64,000 nt of DNA from Cladosporium halotolerans (taxonomy: Eukaryota): assembly GCF_011745625.1 (NCBI RefSeq), contig NW_027191460.1:496001-560000 (forward strand), read 5' to 3'. This document shows, piece by piece, positions 22,033 through 34,235 of the stretch. Under the pieces are notes generated by a model. It worked only from the letters and a program-made list of their open reading frames with translations. It was not told the DNA's origin and did no database searches. The first letter of the stretch is position 1. Every line of letters begins with the position of its first letter. The position numbers and the translations under genes are program-made.

Positions 22033-23748
22033 TCAAGTCTCAGGCGGTGGCTTTGAGTCCTGCAGGTTCTCCTGAGCTCGTTGCTGCCCAGGGTGATACA
22101 AGCCGTAATCGTCGCCGCCATACATCTCGGGCTCATAGGCCTTGCAGAGAGTATTCCAGCCGAACCAGCCTCCTCGATCGGACCACGCGCCGCTCTTACC
22201 GGCGTTGGACACCTCTTCGGCCTCCTCTGGCTCTGCGTTGTACCATGTCATGCCCTCGATGAGTTCCTCGGTGATCTTATCGGTGCGCTGCTTGGCGCTT
22301 GCGATTCGCAAAGCTTCAGCGCGAGATTGGAACCAGAGCTTCGACCACCAGACTTCGCGGAATCGCTTCTCGCCCGTGAAGTGGATGATGACCGGATTGA
22401 GGCGGGAGACTGTGTTGCGAAGCAGCTCGACATCGCTCCACCGTGTTCCGACTATGCCTTTCTCCTCTTCCTTTTCGCTGTCCTTGAAGATGCTGAAAGG
22501 TTTCTGCGACGAGACAATGTCACCCGCCAGCCGAGTATCGTAGACACTGGAATTGGTGACCGAGTAAGGCAGCATGTCGCGTCGTTCGAAAGGCGGAACC
22601 CATGAGTCTCTGCCTCGTGACCAGGTTAGGAATTGCTTCCAGAAAGCCAGTGTCTGGAACAACTCCGATTTGACATCGATACCAATGAAATACTCCGTCC
22701 TGTTCACACCCGTGTAGTCTGGCTCCGCTCTTGTGCCGTTATCGAACTTGGGCTCCACCGTAACGCCATACGTCTCCTTCTTGCGTTCCTCCAGAAGCTC
22801 CGGCTTCCGAGATAGTCGCGCATACTCCTGCCTGCCAAAGATCTCTGCGAAGTAATACTGGTCGGAGTTCGTGACATAGTTGGTTTGAATATCATGCAGC
22901 GTTGCGCGGAAAACGTCGATAAGCTCCTGTGTAGTCCCCATGATCGTGCCCGAGTTCAGCCAACGCGGGTGCGTCAGCTCTTCGTGCTTGCTAGACGTCT
23001 GCGGGCCGAACGCGTAGGAGTCCAGATTGCCAGGATCGACGGCCCAGCAAGCCGGACGGCTGTAATCGATCGGCCAGCATAGCTTGTCCGGGCCAAAAAT
23101 CACAGACTGCTTCATGTTGTACTTCTTGACAATGTGCTCGCCATATTTCTCAACCAGCCTCTTGTTCGCCTGCTTGTTGCTCTCGTAATATCTCTTGATC
23201 AGCACATCCGGTCGCAACTGGAACCAGACGTCGTAGCCGTCGATGATGAGGACCAAGTCTTCGGTGTCCGGATTCGCATTCTCTTGGTGCTCCAAATACT
23301 TTAGCAGACCCTCCACCTTGGCGAGATGCTGCACGTATGGGTCCGCGTCTTCCGCCGCGCCATAGTTGATGAGCACAGGTGTTGGGTATCCAAGGATCTG
23401 CGTGGAAAGCAACAACTTGCACAAATCTCTACCGCTGCTAGTTGCCGGGATGAGCAAGTGAAAGCGACCCTTTGCGTGCTTCGGTGCGGGTTCGGGCGTC
23501 CAGTTGGGTAGGTTGTCTGCTGAAGGATCCAGTTCCACCGCAGCAGGGATTTTGCTATCGCTGTCGTATGGTATTGGATTTGATACTGTGCCCCCTGTGT
23601 TCCATGACAGAAATATCGCAGCAAGACTGAACAGCGTTACAGCGGCGTAGACAGCGCGCGCCAGCTTCGACGTGAGCGCACGCTTCACGCTGACATCGGG
23701 AGAGATGAGGCTGTCCAGCCAGTCCGGACGGCGTGAGGAGGAACTCAT
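22033..23748 (-). CDS. PLOD/GT-A-like glycosyltransferase-family type II membrane protein
   Basis: N-terminal TM; HLAKVEGLLKYL, LVLIIDGYDVWFQL, IFGPDKLCWP, PRWLNSGTIMG, SDQYYFAEIF, IIHFTG motifs, as in PLOD glycosyltransferase domains. Confidence 0.85.
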   Translation of the reverse strand: MSSSSRRPDWLDSLISPDVSVKRALTSKLARAVYAAVTLFSLAAIFLSWNTGGTVSNPIPYDSDSKIPAAVELDPSADNLPNWTPEPAPKHAKGRFHLLIPATSSGRDLCKLLLSTQILGYPTPVLINYGAAEDADPYVQHLAKVEGLLKYLEHQENANPDTEDLVLIIDGYDVWFQLRPDVLIKRYYESNKQANKRLVEKYGEHIVKKYNMKQSVIFGPDKLCWPIDYSRPACWAVDPGNLDSYAFGPQTSSKHEELTHPRWLNSGTIMGTTQELIDVFRATLHDIQTNYVTNSDQYYFAEIFGRQEYARLSRKPELLEERKKETYGVTVEPKFDNGTRAEPDYTGVNRTEYFIGIDVKSELFQTLAFWKQFLTWSRGRDSWVPPFERRDMLPYSVTNSSVYDTRLAGDIVSSQKPFSIFKDSEKEEEKGIVGTRWSDVELLRNTVSRLNPVIIHFTGEKRFREVWWSKLWFQSRAEALRIASAKQRTDKITEELIEGMTWYNAEPEEAEEVSNAGKSGAWSDRGGWFGWNTLCKAYEPEMYGGDDYGLYHPGQQRAQENLQDSKPPPET

Positions 23749-24816
23749 CGGAGAGAGGGGAGGGAGCGATGCGGCGGAACGGTGCGAAGAAAGGATAGAA
23801 ATGGCATCCCTCCCCGACGTCTATGGTAAGAAGGAGAGGTGGTGCTAGTGTGGGCAGAGTAGAATCATCCCCGCGAAGCGAGTAGCGTGGCCTGGGGGCA
23901 TCTCATTAATGGACCTTCAACGCTGGCGCCGAGAAAGATCCATGCGGGTGCCATGCAGCCCCGTCAGGGCGGCGTGGGCGGGCTGCGCCAGGGCTCGCAC
24001 TAGCCCGGCCGACGGAACAGACAAAGTTTAGCGTTGCTGTAAGACATGTGGCTTGCATCCAGCACCAGGTGACTTAATGATAAGCGATGAATAAATTCAA
24101 TGGTCAAGCAAAGGCGGGCTCGTGGGTACGACTGTTCTGAAGCGTCAGGACTCAGTTGAGAAGAGAGCAGATTTCTCAATAATCCAACATGCATTTTGTG
24201 TCGCGCTTGTCACACATTCATCTGGTAGTCGTGGCGCGAGCACGCAATCGCGCGTGTACCATCCGGACCACCAGCCGGCGTCTGCTGCTTGGAAGGGGTC
24301 GTAATCTTGTACCTCATATGCCGAGCATCTTCACGGCATTGCCGGGTGCGGATGGGTAACGCATTTCCTCGCATAACTCTCATTTTGCGAATGTGGCTTG
24401 AGCTGTGTTCATCTTTACCGTCAAATATTGGAAGCTACCCATACATTCGAGTTCTGCCCGTCTCGCCTCGCTTCGAGCTGCAAAACTGATTCGCTTCGGG
24501 ATATACATAGCTACTCGGCATGCAATATAGAGCTAATTCACCTTGCTTGACATGCTGACTCTTGCCAGAGCACAACTCTGCGAAACGATTGGAAGTCTGG
24601 GAGTGAAGCGACAGAAGCTTGTCTGTAAAGAATCTTTGTACAGTGGCAGACAGCAGCATGCGTAAGATACAAGCTCCCTTCCAGAAGTTTTCCCGCTCCA
24701 GAATTCTACTACAGTCAACGCAAGGAAATTGATATGCTGCTTCGCTCCATCTGGCGTAAGCCTCACTGCCGGATATTCGACTACATTGCTCGTCCCTTCT
24801 ACAGATTGTACTGCAT

Positions 24817-25625
24817 CTATTTGCCCTCAGGCTTGCTCTGAACCATACCCGGGCCGATGTAGTTCTCGGAAGAAAGACCGGTGATGGGCTCGACCTTCTG
24901 CTCCTGTTATGCGAAATGACGTTAGCATCGATTCCAGATGCCCAATGCCCGTAAGCAGCGCGCTTGCTGCACAGGACATTCTCTTCTTTGTCGGAAAAAC
25001 GAACCTTGAGGTACTCGTTGCTGGCCTCCTGGTACTCCTTGGTCATGGTAGGGGGGTTGCCACGGGCGAAGTAGCGGAGGGCGCCGAAGATGACACCGGA
25101 GGCTCCAACACCAAGCATGACGTACATGAAGATCTTGGTGCCCTCACCGGGAGGGGGCTGGGCGCGAGGACCGTGGGGACCGAAAGCAATCCAGTAGGCT
25201 GGAGCGTATAGTTAGCGTCAAGTCCATAATATAGTACCTTAACCGCCCAGTTCCGAGAGATGTGGTATGCGACGCATGCGAGCTCCGAGAGCTGACTCCA
25301 AGCAGCAATAGCCAAGAACAAGCAAATAACGCGCAATTTACTCCATTTCCATTCTTCACTGAACGGTGTCTCTAGACATACCGGCCTTCTTCTCCTGCAG
25401 AGTGAGCTCGTTCCAGTCAGCGCTCATGCGATCCCTCAGAGCCATCCAGAGCTCGGCCTGCTCCTGGGGCGGCATGGCCTCCCATCTCTTCTCAATGTTC
25501 GCAAGGGTCGGGTTGGAGATGGCATGAGCCTGGCGCGTCTGCTGGAATCTCGCGGCGGCAGCGGCGGCCGAAACCCGAGGGGTGGTAGGGAGCGCGGAGC
25601 GGAGGAGGGCGGGAGTGCGGAACAT
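24817..25625 (-). CDS. COX5: Cytochrome c oxidase subunit V (COX4 family)
   Basis: Exons 25625-25382, 25198-25005, 24903-24817; presequence, HAISNPTLANIEKRWEAMP, EKKAAYWIAFGPHGPR, TMTKEYQEASNEYLK. Confidence 0.96.
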
Positions 25626-26682
25626 TATGGCGGTGTTGCGGGTCCAATTGGCGATTCTGGAGGTATTAGGGACCGGTCTGAGGCCCTTCAATGGCTTGTG
25701 GACAATGAATTGGCGGGTGTATTGAAGCTATGGGGTTGCAGTTGCTGGGTCGGAAGGTTTCGCTCTGGGAGGTCAGCGCCAAGCGGACGATGTCCGAACG
25801 AGGAAACTTAGGCGGCCACCAGCTCGACGAGTGTTGATGGCACTATGGCACTCTAGGCGAAGGCCGACAAAACGAATATTGATGTCAATGGACTAGAAAT
25901 GCAAGACCTGGTCACAAGCTATATGACACACCGGGAGCGGCTGTGAACATACATCGCATGCAAGCGCTAAATCCGTCAGACTGGTAAACACCTCGATCCA
26001 GTAACAGCGACGCGATGATGGAATCAAGACCACGCAAACGAAACAAGAAAATGATCTCTTTATAATCCGCCGACCCTTCTACGAATGCCTCTCACAGATC
26101 CGATGGAATCAAATGCTGATAATGTGCCATTTCCCCAAGTTTATCTCTGCACCCTGTACCTTCTACCCACTGGGTGAGAAGCAGGGATCCGGTCACCTGT
26201 CGCAGGCTTTCCCACCAATATGCACGCGTTTGTTACACAACTTAGATGACCCTGTCGACATCCGGGAGCTATCGCATTTTTGCGGCAGACGCCATCTGCA
26301 AACCAAGACAGAGTCCAAGTCTCTCTCAAGAATCCATGCGGGTCTGATCGTGATTTGTTATAACTTGTTCCCATGCTAGTGGGCTTGCGCCTGCCGCTCG
26401 CTTTACCAAAACATGAAGGAGCTTCCGACGATGGTCCTAGACCATGATGGGTTTATTAGACGCGTCAAGAGCGCTCTACACCGCCAGCTGGAGCCTTCCG
26501 TGAGACACTGAACGAAGCTGCAAGAAATGCATCCCCTGGAAGCAGGTCTGTTGTGCGGACTGCGGATACGTGCAGACTGAGGTATTGCTAACAAGCCTCT
26601 TCTTTCACCATCCTGCTCTTCTTTCTTCCCGTGCCTCTGATTCCGTTTCCGCCACCTTTGTACCCATTGTCGCTCGGGCGAT

Positions 26683-29379
26683 ATGTCTGTCTCACAAGAG
26701 AGCCAGACGCGCCTTTGGGAGGCCACCCAGGCCGATCAAGATGTCGAGAGTGCCTTCAACGCTTTCTGCCATTTCAATAATGAGCAGCGCAATGCCAACG
26801 CCAACGTGATTAGAGGGATGCATGCAGAAATCATCATTCTCGCGAAGGAGAACGACTCTTTCCGGAAACGACTCAATGAAGCAGACGTGTTCAACCGCTC
26901 GTATAGAAGTTCGAATAACTCGCTACTTCAGGAGCGTGACACCCTTGCCAGCCAACTTTCAACCAGCCAGAAGCAGCTCTCAGAGGCTCTGTGCAGAGCA
27001 GACGAGGCTGAGCACCAACACAGACTCTTGAAATCAAGTTTCGAGTTCGAGAAATCGCAGATGGTGGAGCTGGAAGAATCTGTGTCTGAGCTTTCGAAGA
27101 AGTTGGAAGAGCTGGAGCACGCAGCAGGCAAGACAAGAGAAGGCAAGCAGCTCGCAATCGACTGCAGGGACCTCGCCAATCAGCGCAATGAAGAGCTAGA
27201 GAAGGAATTGAGCGAGACACTCAAACGCGAAGAGACTGTCGAGGCACTGAACAGGAACCTCGACGCACAGAGCAAACGGTACCGTGCTGACAACGTAAAG
27301 CTCGTCCAGGACAACGGCGAGCTAAAACATCGCCTCGAGCACGCCAACGAGCTTCTCGCGGCCAGAGTAATAGAGCTTGCTAGCTTAAACGACAATCTCC
27401 GGCACCCTCAATCCGATGTCGACGACCACTTGACTCACTGGCTATCGCACAGCATCCATCTGGTCAATGACGAAAGCGAGGCAGACATCGCCTACATTGC
27501 AGCCCACCTCGGCGACCTCACGGCAAGCCTCCATCGCACCAAGAACGAATTGATGGAGGTGAAGAGTAAGGCTCGCCAATTGGTTGCCGACTCCAAAAAG
27601 CGACGAGCTTCGTTTTCGAGGAAGGAGGAAGGGCTGAAGGAGGAAATGGAGTTGCAGCAAACCAAGCTGGCCCTGCTACAAAAATCGACCGACGACTTGC
27701 GGAAAGAGAAATCCGAAGCTACAGCTGAGCTGTGCGGCGCAAGGAAACAGGTGAAAGGCCTCGAAGTCGAAGCGCAGCAAATGTCCCGCCACCTCTTCGC
27801 CGCGAACAAGTATCGGACCGATACGGAGTCCGCCGACAAGAGCGCCATTCAAAGGCTCCAAGCACGGTTACATGACATCCAGGTGTCTCTGGCCGACGCG
27901 AGAGAATCCGAGAAAGGCGCCCAGAGGCGCCTCTCGCACTCAGCACGGGCCACTACAGATCTGAAGGCAGAGATGAATATCCGAAGTGAAGAATGGGACA
28001 GGGAGAGGGAGAAGGCGTCCTCGGAGAGCGCCGGACAAGTCATTGAGATAGGTAATCTGCGGCGACGTCTGGAGGCCAGCGAGGATCAGAGCAGGTCTCA
28101 AGCTGAACAACTTTCCGTGCTGGAAGACGATCTCACAGCCACTCGTGAGGAGCACCAGCGATTGTCGAGTGCCGCCATTGAGAACAAGCGCAAGGCTGCT
28201 GCTGCACAAGTGGATCAGGCAAAAGTGATCGCGGATCTACGCTCAAGCTTGAGTCGGGCTGATGCAGCTTTAGCTAATCAGCAAAATCTGCTGGAAGCGT
28301 CTCGGAAAGGGCATGCACTGGTCGCAGATGAGCTGACTGGTCTGCAGAGCAAGCTTGAACAGATCAAGGAAGTCTCAGCAAAAGAACGATCCGAGTTAGA
28401 CAGGGAGCATCAAGAAGCAACTCAAAGGCTGCATGATCAGTTGAGAGAGGTGCGGTCAACCTCTAGTACAGAGCGCTCCAAGGCCAAGGCAGAGACCGAC
28501 CGAGCAGCAAAGGCGATCTCAACGCTTCGCGATCAGGTGAAGGCACTGGAGGAAGCAACAGTCGAACAGAAGGCCAAAGCAGCAGCGAATAGCCAAAAAG
28601 CAGCGTCAGAGATTGAAGAGTTGCACAAGCTGTTGTCCGAGAAGCAAGCAGACCTCACCGAAGAGAAGGCAAAGGCAGATTTGGAATGCAAAAATTCACA
28701 TCAAAAGACGCAGGCCCTTGAGAACAAGCTGAAGCAATTGGAAAGGCTGCGTGCCGAAGACGAGAAGGCTGCTGCGGCCACATCAGAAAGACTTGACGGA
28801 ATCGAGAAGGAGCTTTCGGAGAGCAAACAGAAAGAGCGCGAGAGCAGGAAGGAGGCTGAAGAGGCCAGACTCAAAATGCAAGAGAAGGCAGACGAAGTTG
28901 TGAAAATGGCGAGCTTGCTGTCGCTGGAGACACGTAAGAAGTCGGACGCCGAGCAGCAAGTGAAAGACGCAAGGAAGGTCATCACGAAAGCTCGTCGGCT
29001 TGACGAAAAGATCGACAGGCCCTTGTCGTCTTCTTCACGCGAAGAGGCCAAGGCGTTTTCAACATTCGTCAAAACTACGGGCAGCCATGTTTCAATGCAG
29101 ATCAAGGGAGCCGCCGCGAGGAACGCGCAATCTTCGCCATTTTTGACCCCCACCCGTCAAGGTTGGAACACTTTCCGTTCGACCCCCTTGACTGCCTCTG
29201 AAACTGGCAGCAAGCACTCCAGCCGTGCCTCTTCGGCATCTCTCACTGGGACATCGGCCTCAGGCGCTCCCTCATTGTACCGCCAAGACCTCAGCTCGCT
29301 TGCTTCTCGCAAGAGAACGATCGCGGATGAGGAATCTCAAGGCCAGCAAGTTCGCAAGCGTGCCAGATACGAAGACTAG
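26683..29379 (+). CDS. Long coiled-coil protein (898 aa) with basic S/T/P-rich tail and bipartite NLS-like end
   Basis: Uninterrupted ORF; E/K/Q/L/A heptad-like composition over ~750 aa; C-terminal SRKRTIADEESQGQQVRKRAR. Confidence 0.8.
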   Translation: MSVSQESQTRLWEATQADQDVESAFNAFCHFNNEQRNANANVIRGMHAEIIILAKENDSFRKRLNEADVFNRSYRSSNNSLLQERDTLASQLSTSQKQLSEALCRADEAEHQHRLLKSSFEFEKSQMVELEESVSELSKKLEELEHAAGKTREGKQLAIDCRDLANQRNEELEKELSETLKREETVEALNRNLDAQSKRYRADNVKLVQDNGELKHRLEHANELLAARVIELASLNDNLRHPQSDVDDHLTHWLSHSIHLVNDESEADIAYIAAHLGDLTASLHRTKNELMEVKSKARQLVADSKKRRASFSRKEEGLKEEMELQQTKLALLQKSTDDLRKEKSEATAELCGARKQVKGLEVEAQQMSRHLFAANKYRTDTESADKSAIQRLQARLHDIQVSLADARESEKGAQRRLSHSARATTDLKAEMNIRSEEWDREREKASSESAGQVIEIGNLRRRLEASEDQSRSQAEQLSVLEDDLTATREEHQRLSSAAIENKRKAAAAQVDQAKVIADLRSSLSRADAALANQQNLLEASRKGHALVADELTGLQSKLEQIKEVSAKERSELDREHQEATQRLHDQLREVRSTSSTERSKAKAETDRAAKAISTLRDQVKALEEATVEQKAKAAANSQKAASEIEELHKLLSEKQADLTEEKAKADLECKNSHQKTQALENKLKQLERLRAEDEKAAAATSERLDGIEKELSESKQKERESRKEAEEARLKMQEKADEVVKMASLLSLETRKKSDAEQQVKDARKVITKARRLDEKIDRPLSSSSREEAKAFSTFVKTTGSHVSMQIKGAAARNAQSSPFLTPTRQGWNTFRSTPLTASETGSKHSSRASSASLTGTSASGAPSLYRQDLSSLASRKRTIADEESQGQQVRKRARYED

Positions 29380-29753
29380 CAAGCTTGGTAGAAATGGTGT
29401 GCAGGTTGATCGCGACGTAAGCTTTTTGAGGACGATCCTTGAGCACATATATGTAGATGGATGAAGACCGTTCAGGGGTATCTACTCGCATACATATACA
29501 GCTTCAGCTTCGCGTCTCCCTGAAAGAGTGCAGCAACGAGCTGACACCTTTTTCTATTGAGCATCAAGGTAGGCAAAGCGGCAGCCATGCCTCCGGCCGT
29601 GCTGGCCATTCGAACACCGTGTCATTGCGACGAGAGGATGTCCCAAACCCGAAGGCACTGAGATCGTATCAAATCAACATGAACGCCATCCGCTATGCAA
29701 GTGGCACCAAATCCTCCCATTTCCCGTAAGATCCTGACTCGTAAAAAAAAGCA

Positions 29754-31930
29754 TCACGTGGTCATCGTGACGTCCTTGCCTGTGAAATCTCTCATCACCG
29801 CAACCACGTCGTCCAGACGTCTGACCTGAGTAAGAAGCTTCTCCTGCGTTTCGCGCCAAAGAGCCAGCTGCTGCTTCTCGACGCCGCTCAGAGGCGCGCC
29901 TCCTTCCTCCAGCATACCGGTCTTGCCGATGATGAAGCTCCTCGCGGCGTCAGGGTTGGTGGCACGCAGACGCTCACGCTTGTCGAGGATCTGCTGGAAC
30001 TTCTCCTGTTCGACATCCATGCGCTGCAGGCATCTTGCGATGCCTTGGTACGCTTGATGGAGCACGAGCTGCGCTACCTTCTTCTTGTCGAAGAACCAGA
30101 GATAGAGCGAGCGAGTGGGTTGGCGGTATTGATCTTTGGGGACCTCTTGCGATTCCAGAAAGCCTGCCGCCTGCATTTGAGCCAGGATCGCACGGATGTC
30201 TTTGACCTGCTTGAGGCACTTTTGCGCTACACCCTTCTCTTCCAATTTGCCTTCTTGTCGAAGCATGCGAGCAACACGAACTGCAGCAGGGCCAAATCGA
30301 CGATCGATAGTCGTGTCAATTTCCGCGTCGACCAGTGTTTTGCTCAATACAGGGAAATTGACCCGCCATTCGGATTGACCTGCTGCACCGGGCCGACGGC
30401 AGAATTCTTTGTCATGTTCCTCCAAAAGCTTCAGGTGTTGCTCGATAAGGTCAAGCCGCCTGTTCTTGCTCCGCATGCTCGAGTATCCATTAGTACCCTC
30501 ATCGTCAGAGTCGACTTCTTTCTTAACGCCAATGTCGCCAAAGTCGTTGTCGTATTCGATAGAAACCTTCCGTTTGGCTTTGGGTCCGCCGTTCGGCAAG
30601 TGCGACTTCGCACCACTAATTCCCGCGGCAAGATCCAAGTAAGGGTCGACATGTTCGGCAATCTCCATGACCGAAGCAACGGGCTGAGCTTCCTCCTCCT
30701 CGTCTTCGTCATCGTAATGTACAAGATCTTCTCTCACGGATCGTACTTTGGGCTCCAGCACGGAAAGAAGCGCACGGTATACGCCTGCTGTGATGTGGCC
30801 CAGGTAGTGCTGTGCATGGTTCACCAAATGCTCGCTTCGCATCGCAACGACGCATTTATCGAGGTTGACACCGATAGACATGTCGTTCTGAACCAGAAAT
30901 ATTAGTGAGTAGAACGCTAGGATCTGGGGGTTACTGCCTTACCGGAAGCTTGGGCCCCGAGAAATCCGCTTCGTCGTTGTGACTGCTGTGTCCATTGGCG
31001 AGCCCGCCATTCAACTTCTGTCGCTTGTTGGCATCCATACCAGGACGCACAAGATTTGCGCCGCCTTCGACATCACGTCGTTCCGAGTACTCTGCGTCGT
31101 CGCGCCATTTCCGCTTGAGGCTATCGACCGATCTCTTAAATTCGGCCTGCTTCTTTGGTCCTGTGATCTTGCCGTCGGGGAAGTTCTCCTCCATGACGAG
31201 GGTACCGATCTCGTCTTCTATGTCGGCATTAGGCTTGAACGAGCGCAGTCCAAGCTTCATGAGGAATCCGGCACGCAGGAGTTTTCGGAGGATATGATGC
31301 AACTCGGCAAGACTGCCGATTTGTTTGGGGTCGTGGTGTCCTGAGCCATGATCTCCGTTGACCTGACCGTTGCCATTCTGCACCGGGGTATCCGCACCGT
31401 TGCTACGTTTTGAGAGCCCGTTCTCGTCAAAGTCGAAGACACCAGCCAAATCTCCCACCGTGCAATGTCCAATCTGCAGCACCATAGCCACCACCCCCGC
31501 AGCCTTTTCTCCCAGCCGCGATTCGATCAAAAGAATGGTTCTACCCGTGCGAAGTAATCCATATGCGCCGTGCCAGTCTACCGAGTAATAGGTATCGCTA
31601 CGATCGTCGGTGTGGTGTCGGACCAGACGGTGCTGGATCAGCTGGGCAAGACTGGTCTTGATACGAGAGAGAGGTGTTTTGCGCAGTTTGAGCGCCTTAA
31701 GCGTCTCCAGCGTAGTCCGACCATTCCTGGCGAGAGCTTCAAAGATTTGCTATGCGATATGTTAGATTCCGGGTCTGCTGGCGCAACCTGCAACTGTCTC
31801 GATTTACCCTGGACGTCTCTCCGTAGTGGTAGCTGATCACTTGGCTGCAGACCTCGATAAGTTGCTATGCGCACGAGTTAGCGGCGCAACCCAGTGCAGG
31901 CGCATGTGCGGAAGGCGTTACCGAAGACAT
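29754..31930 (-). CDS. RPC82: RNA polymerase III subunit C82 (RPC3)
   Basis: Multi-exon (MSS|QLIEVCSQVISYHYGE...); IDRRFGPAAVRVARMLRQEGKLEEK..., ESQEVPKDQYRQPTRSLYLWFFD. Confidence 0.9.
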
Positions 31931-32373
31931 GTCGGAGTTGGAAGCTGCGGCCGGCGATGTAAGTGAACGCAGACGGCCGCGTGGAGGGCGAGGCGTCGGC
32001 GAGGATGAGTGCACTCTAGAGACCTCTCACGTCGTCTAGAGTTGTCGCAGTACTACCGCCGGTGGATGCGCATGAGTTCTGCGACAATCATGCATCGCAA
32101 TGCTGCAGAGCGAACTTCGGCAGGCAGCTTTGCCATTCAAAAGATTCACCTGCGTGCAGCGCACTGGGGCTGGTGCCCGCCGCCCGCCTCGCCGGCGTTG
32201 GCGCCTGAGGCAGCCGCGCCCGCAAGTAAGCCAAATCGCGATGATTGGCCGCAGCGGGAGCTACCGGTCCCGAGCCCAAGGAAACCGCGCTCTTCGACGT
32301 CGCCAGCAAAGCTCGACCATCGCCCATTGCACCCGCACACCTCCCCCGTTGCCATTGAGAGCCCGCCGTCACC

Positions 32374-33869
32374 ATGCTCTCGCGCTCCGCCCTCGGTCGC
32401 CACACCCAGCGCGCTGTCCGCCGCTCCTGGCAGCAGCAGAACCGCGGCCTCGCCGCTCCTGCCTCCGGCTCCTTTGCCTACGAGGCCGGTGATGCGCAGG
32501 GCATCAAGTTCGCCAGCAGAGATATTCCCGGCCCCGTCGCCAGCCTCGCCATCGTCGCAAAGGCCGGTACCAGGTACCAGGCTTTCCCCGGTCTTACCGA
32601 GGCCCTCCAGCTCTACGCGTTCAAGGTAGGAGATTATCTGGGAGGAGATGGAAGGCGGGAGGATACAGGAACAGGGCTGATGGAAGCATTGAACAGAACA
32701 CCGAGAGGAGGTCTACCCTGAGGATACAGCGCGAGTCCGAGCTGCTCGGATCTGCTCTCCAGACTTACCACTCCCGCGAGAATCTCGTCGTTGGTGCCAA
32801 GTTCCTCCGTGATGACCTGCCTTACTTCGTCGAGCTCCTCGCCGAGGTCGCACAGCAGACCAAATATGCGCGTATGTTTGCCCAGTCAATCCGGATTTGC
32901 GTACTTTGTGGCGGCTAACGGAGCGCAGCCCACGTCCTGCACGAGGAGATCTACCCCATCATGAAGCTCAACCAGCAGGCGCTCCTCGCCAACACCACCG
33001 CAATGGCCCAGAACTCCGCCTTCGGTCTTGCTTTCCACCGCGGTCTCGGCGAGTCTATCAACGCTTCTTCTTCCCTCCCCATCAGCAAGTACGTCGACGC
33101 CGAGTCTGTCGCCGACTTCGCCGCTTCCGCCTACGCCAAGCCCTCCTTCGCCATTGTCGGCAACGGTGTTGCGCAGGGCGAGCTCAACAAATGGGTCGGC
33201 GAGTTCTTCACCGACATCCCTAGCCAGCCTGCGTACAAGCTCGAGTCTCAGCAGTCCAAGTACTTTGGTGGTGAGGAGCGCATCTCTCACGGCTCCGGCA
33301 ACTCCATGGTCATTGCTTTCCCCGGCTCTAGCAGCCCTACCGGCTCTTCTTACAAGCCCGAGGCTTCCGTTCTGGCTGCGCTGCTTGGTGGTCCCTCCAG
33401 CATCAAGTGGTCTGCCGGCTCTAGCCGTCTTCTCCAGGCCACCGAGGCTGCCCCTGGCCTCAAGATCCAGACCAAGAGCGACATCTTCTCCGACGCCGGT
33501 CTTCTCAGCATCACTCTCTCCGGCTCTGCCAACGACGTTGCCAAGAACGCTAAGCCCGTCGTCGACATCATCAAGGCTATCGCCAGCGGTATCAGCAACG
33601 AGGACCTTGCCAAGGCCAAGGCTCTCGCCAAGTTCAAGGAGCTCGAGTACGGCCAGTCCACTCAGGCCGCTATGGAGCTCACTGGTGCTGGTCTTGTCCA
33701 GGGCGGCAAGGCCTACCAGATCGACGAGGTCGGCAAGGCCGTCGACTCCGTCACTGCTGAGAAGGTCCAGCAGCTCGCCAAGGAGGCGCTTGAGAACAAG
33801 GCCAGTGTCAGCGCAGTTGGTGACCTTTACGTCCTGCCGTACGCGGAGGAGATTGGTCTCAGGGTGTAA
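32374..33869 (+). CDS. QCR2: Cytochrome b-c1 complex core subunit 2
   Basis: Presequence MLSRSALGRH; AKAGTRYQ, RSTLRIQRESELLG, VLAALLGGPSSIKWSAG, AVGDLYVLPYAEEIGL; two introns. Confidence 0.96.
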
Positions 33870-34235
33870 ATAATCTGAGGTGACAATTTCATAGAGGAGG
33901 GTTCCCTTTGTTTTGTGCAAAAAGGTAGAAGTTGTACCATTAGCGTGTAACTATGGTAACGTCTCAGAAAGAAGTATTGTGATTTATTTTGGATTTTGAA
34001 ATGTATCAATTGGCATCCATTCAATTATCTCCACATCCCACAGCTCGCATTGGCGCATGCCGCTGATTGAAAGCCGGCCAACGTTTTGTCACTGCGTCTA
34101 GCCGACTCCGGCTGGACCCGAGCTTCAAACCTCCGCAGGCCATCCCATCGCTGCAGCAGGGCCGCCAGACCATTGACGCCGCAAAGTCACCTCCATTCCA
34201 CCCAACAAACCTCTCACATCACCAAATCAGCCATC

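Noticed and set aside
32886..33920. 344-aa antisense and 281-aa alternate-frame ORFs over QCR2
   Set aside because: Codon-bias shadows; no independent motifs.
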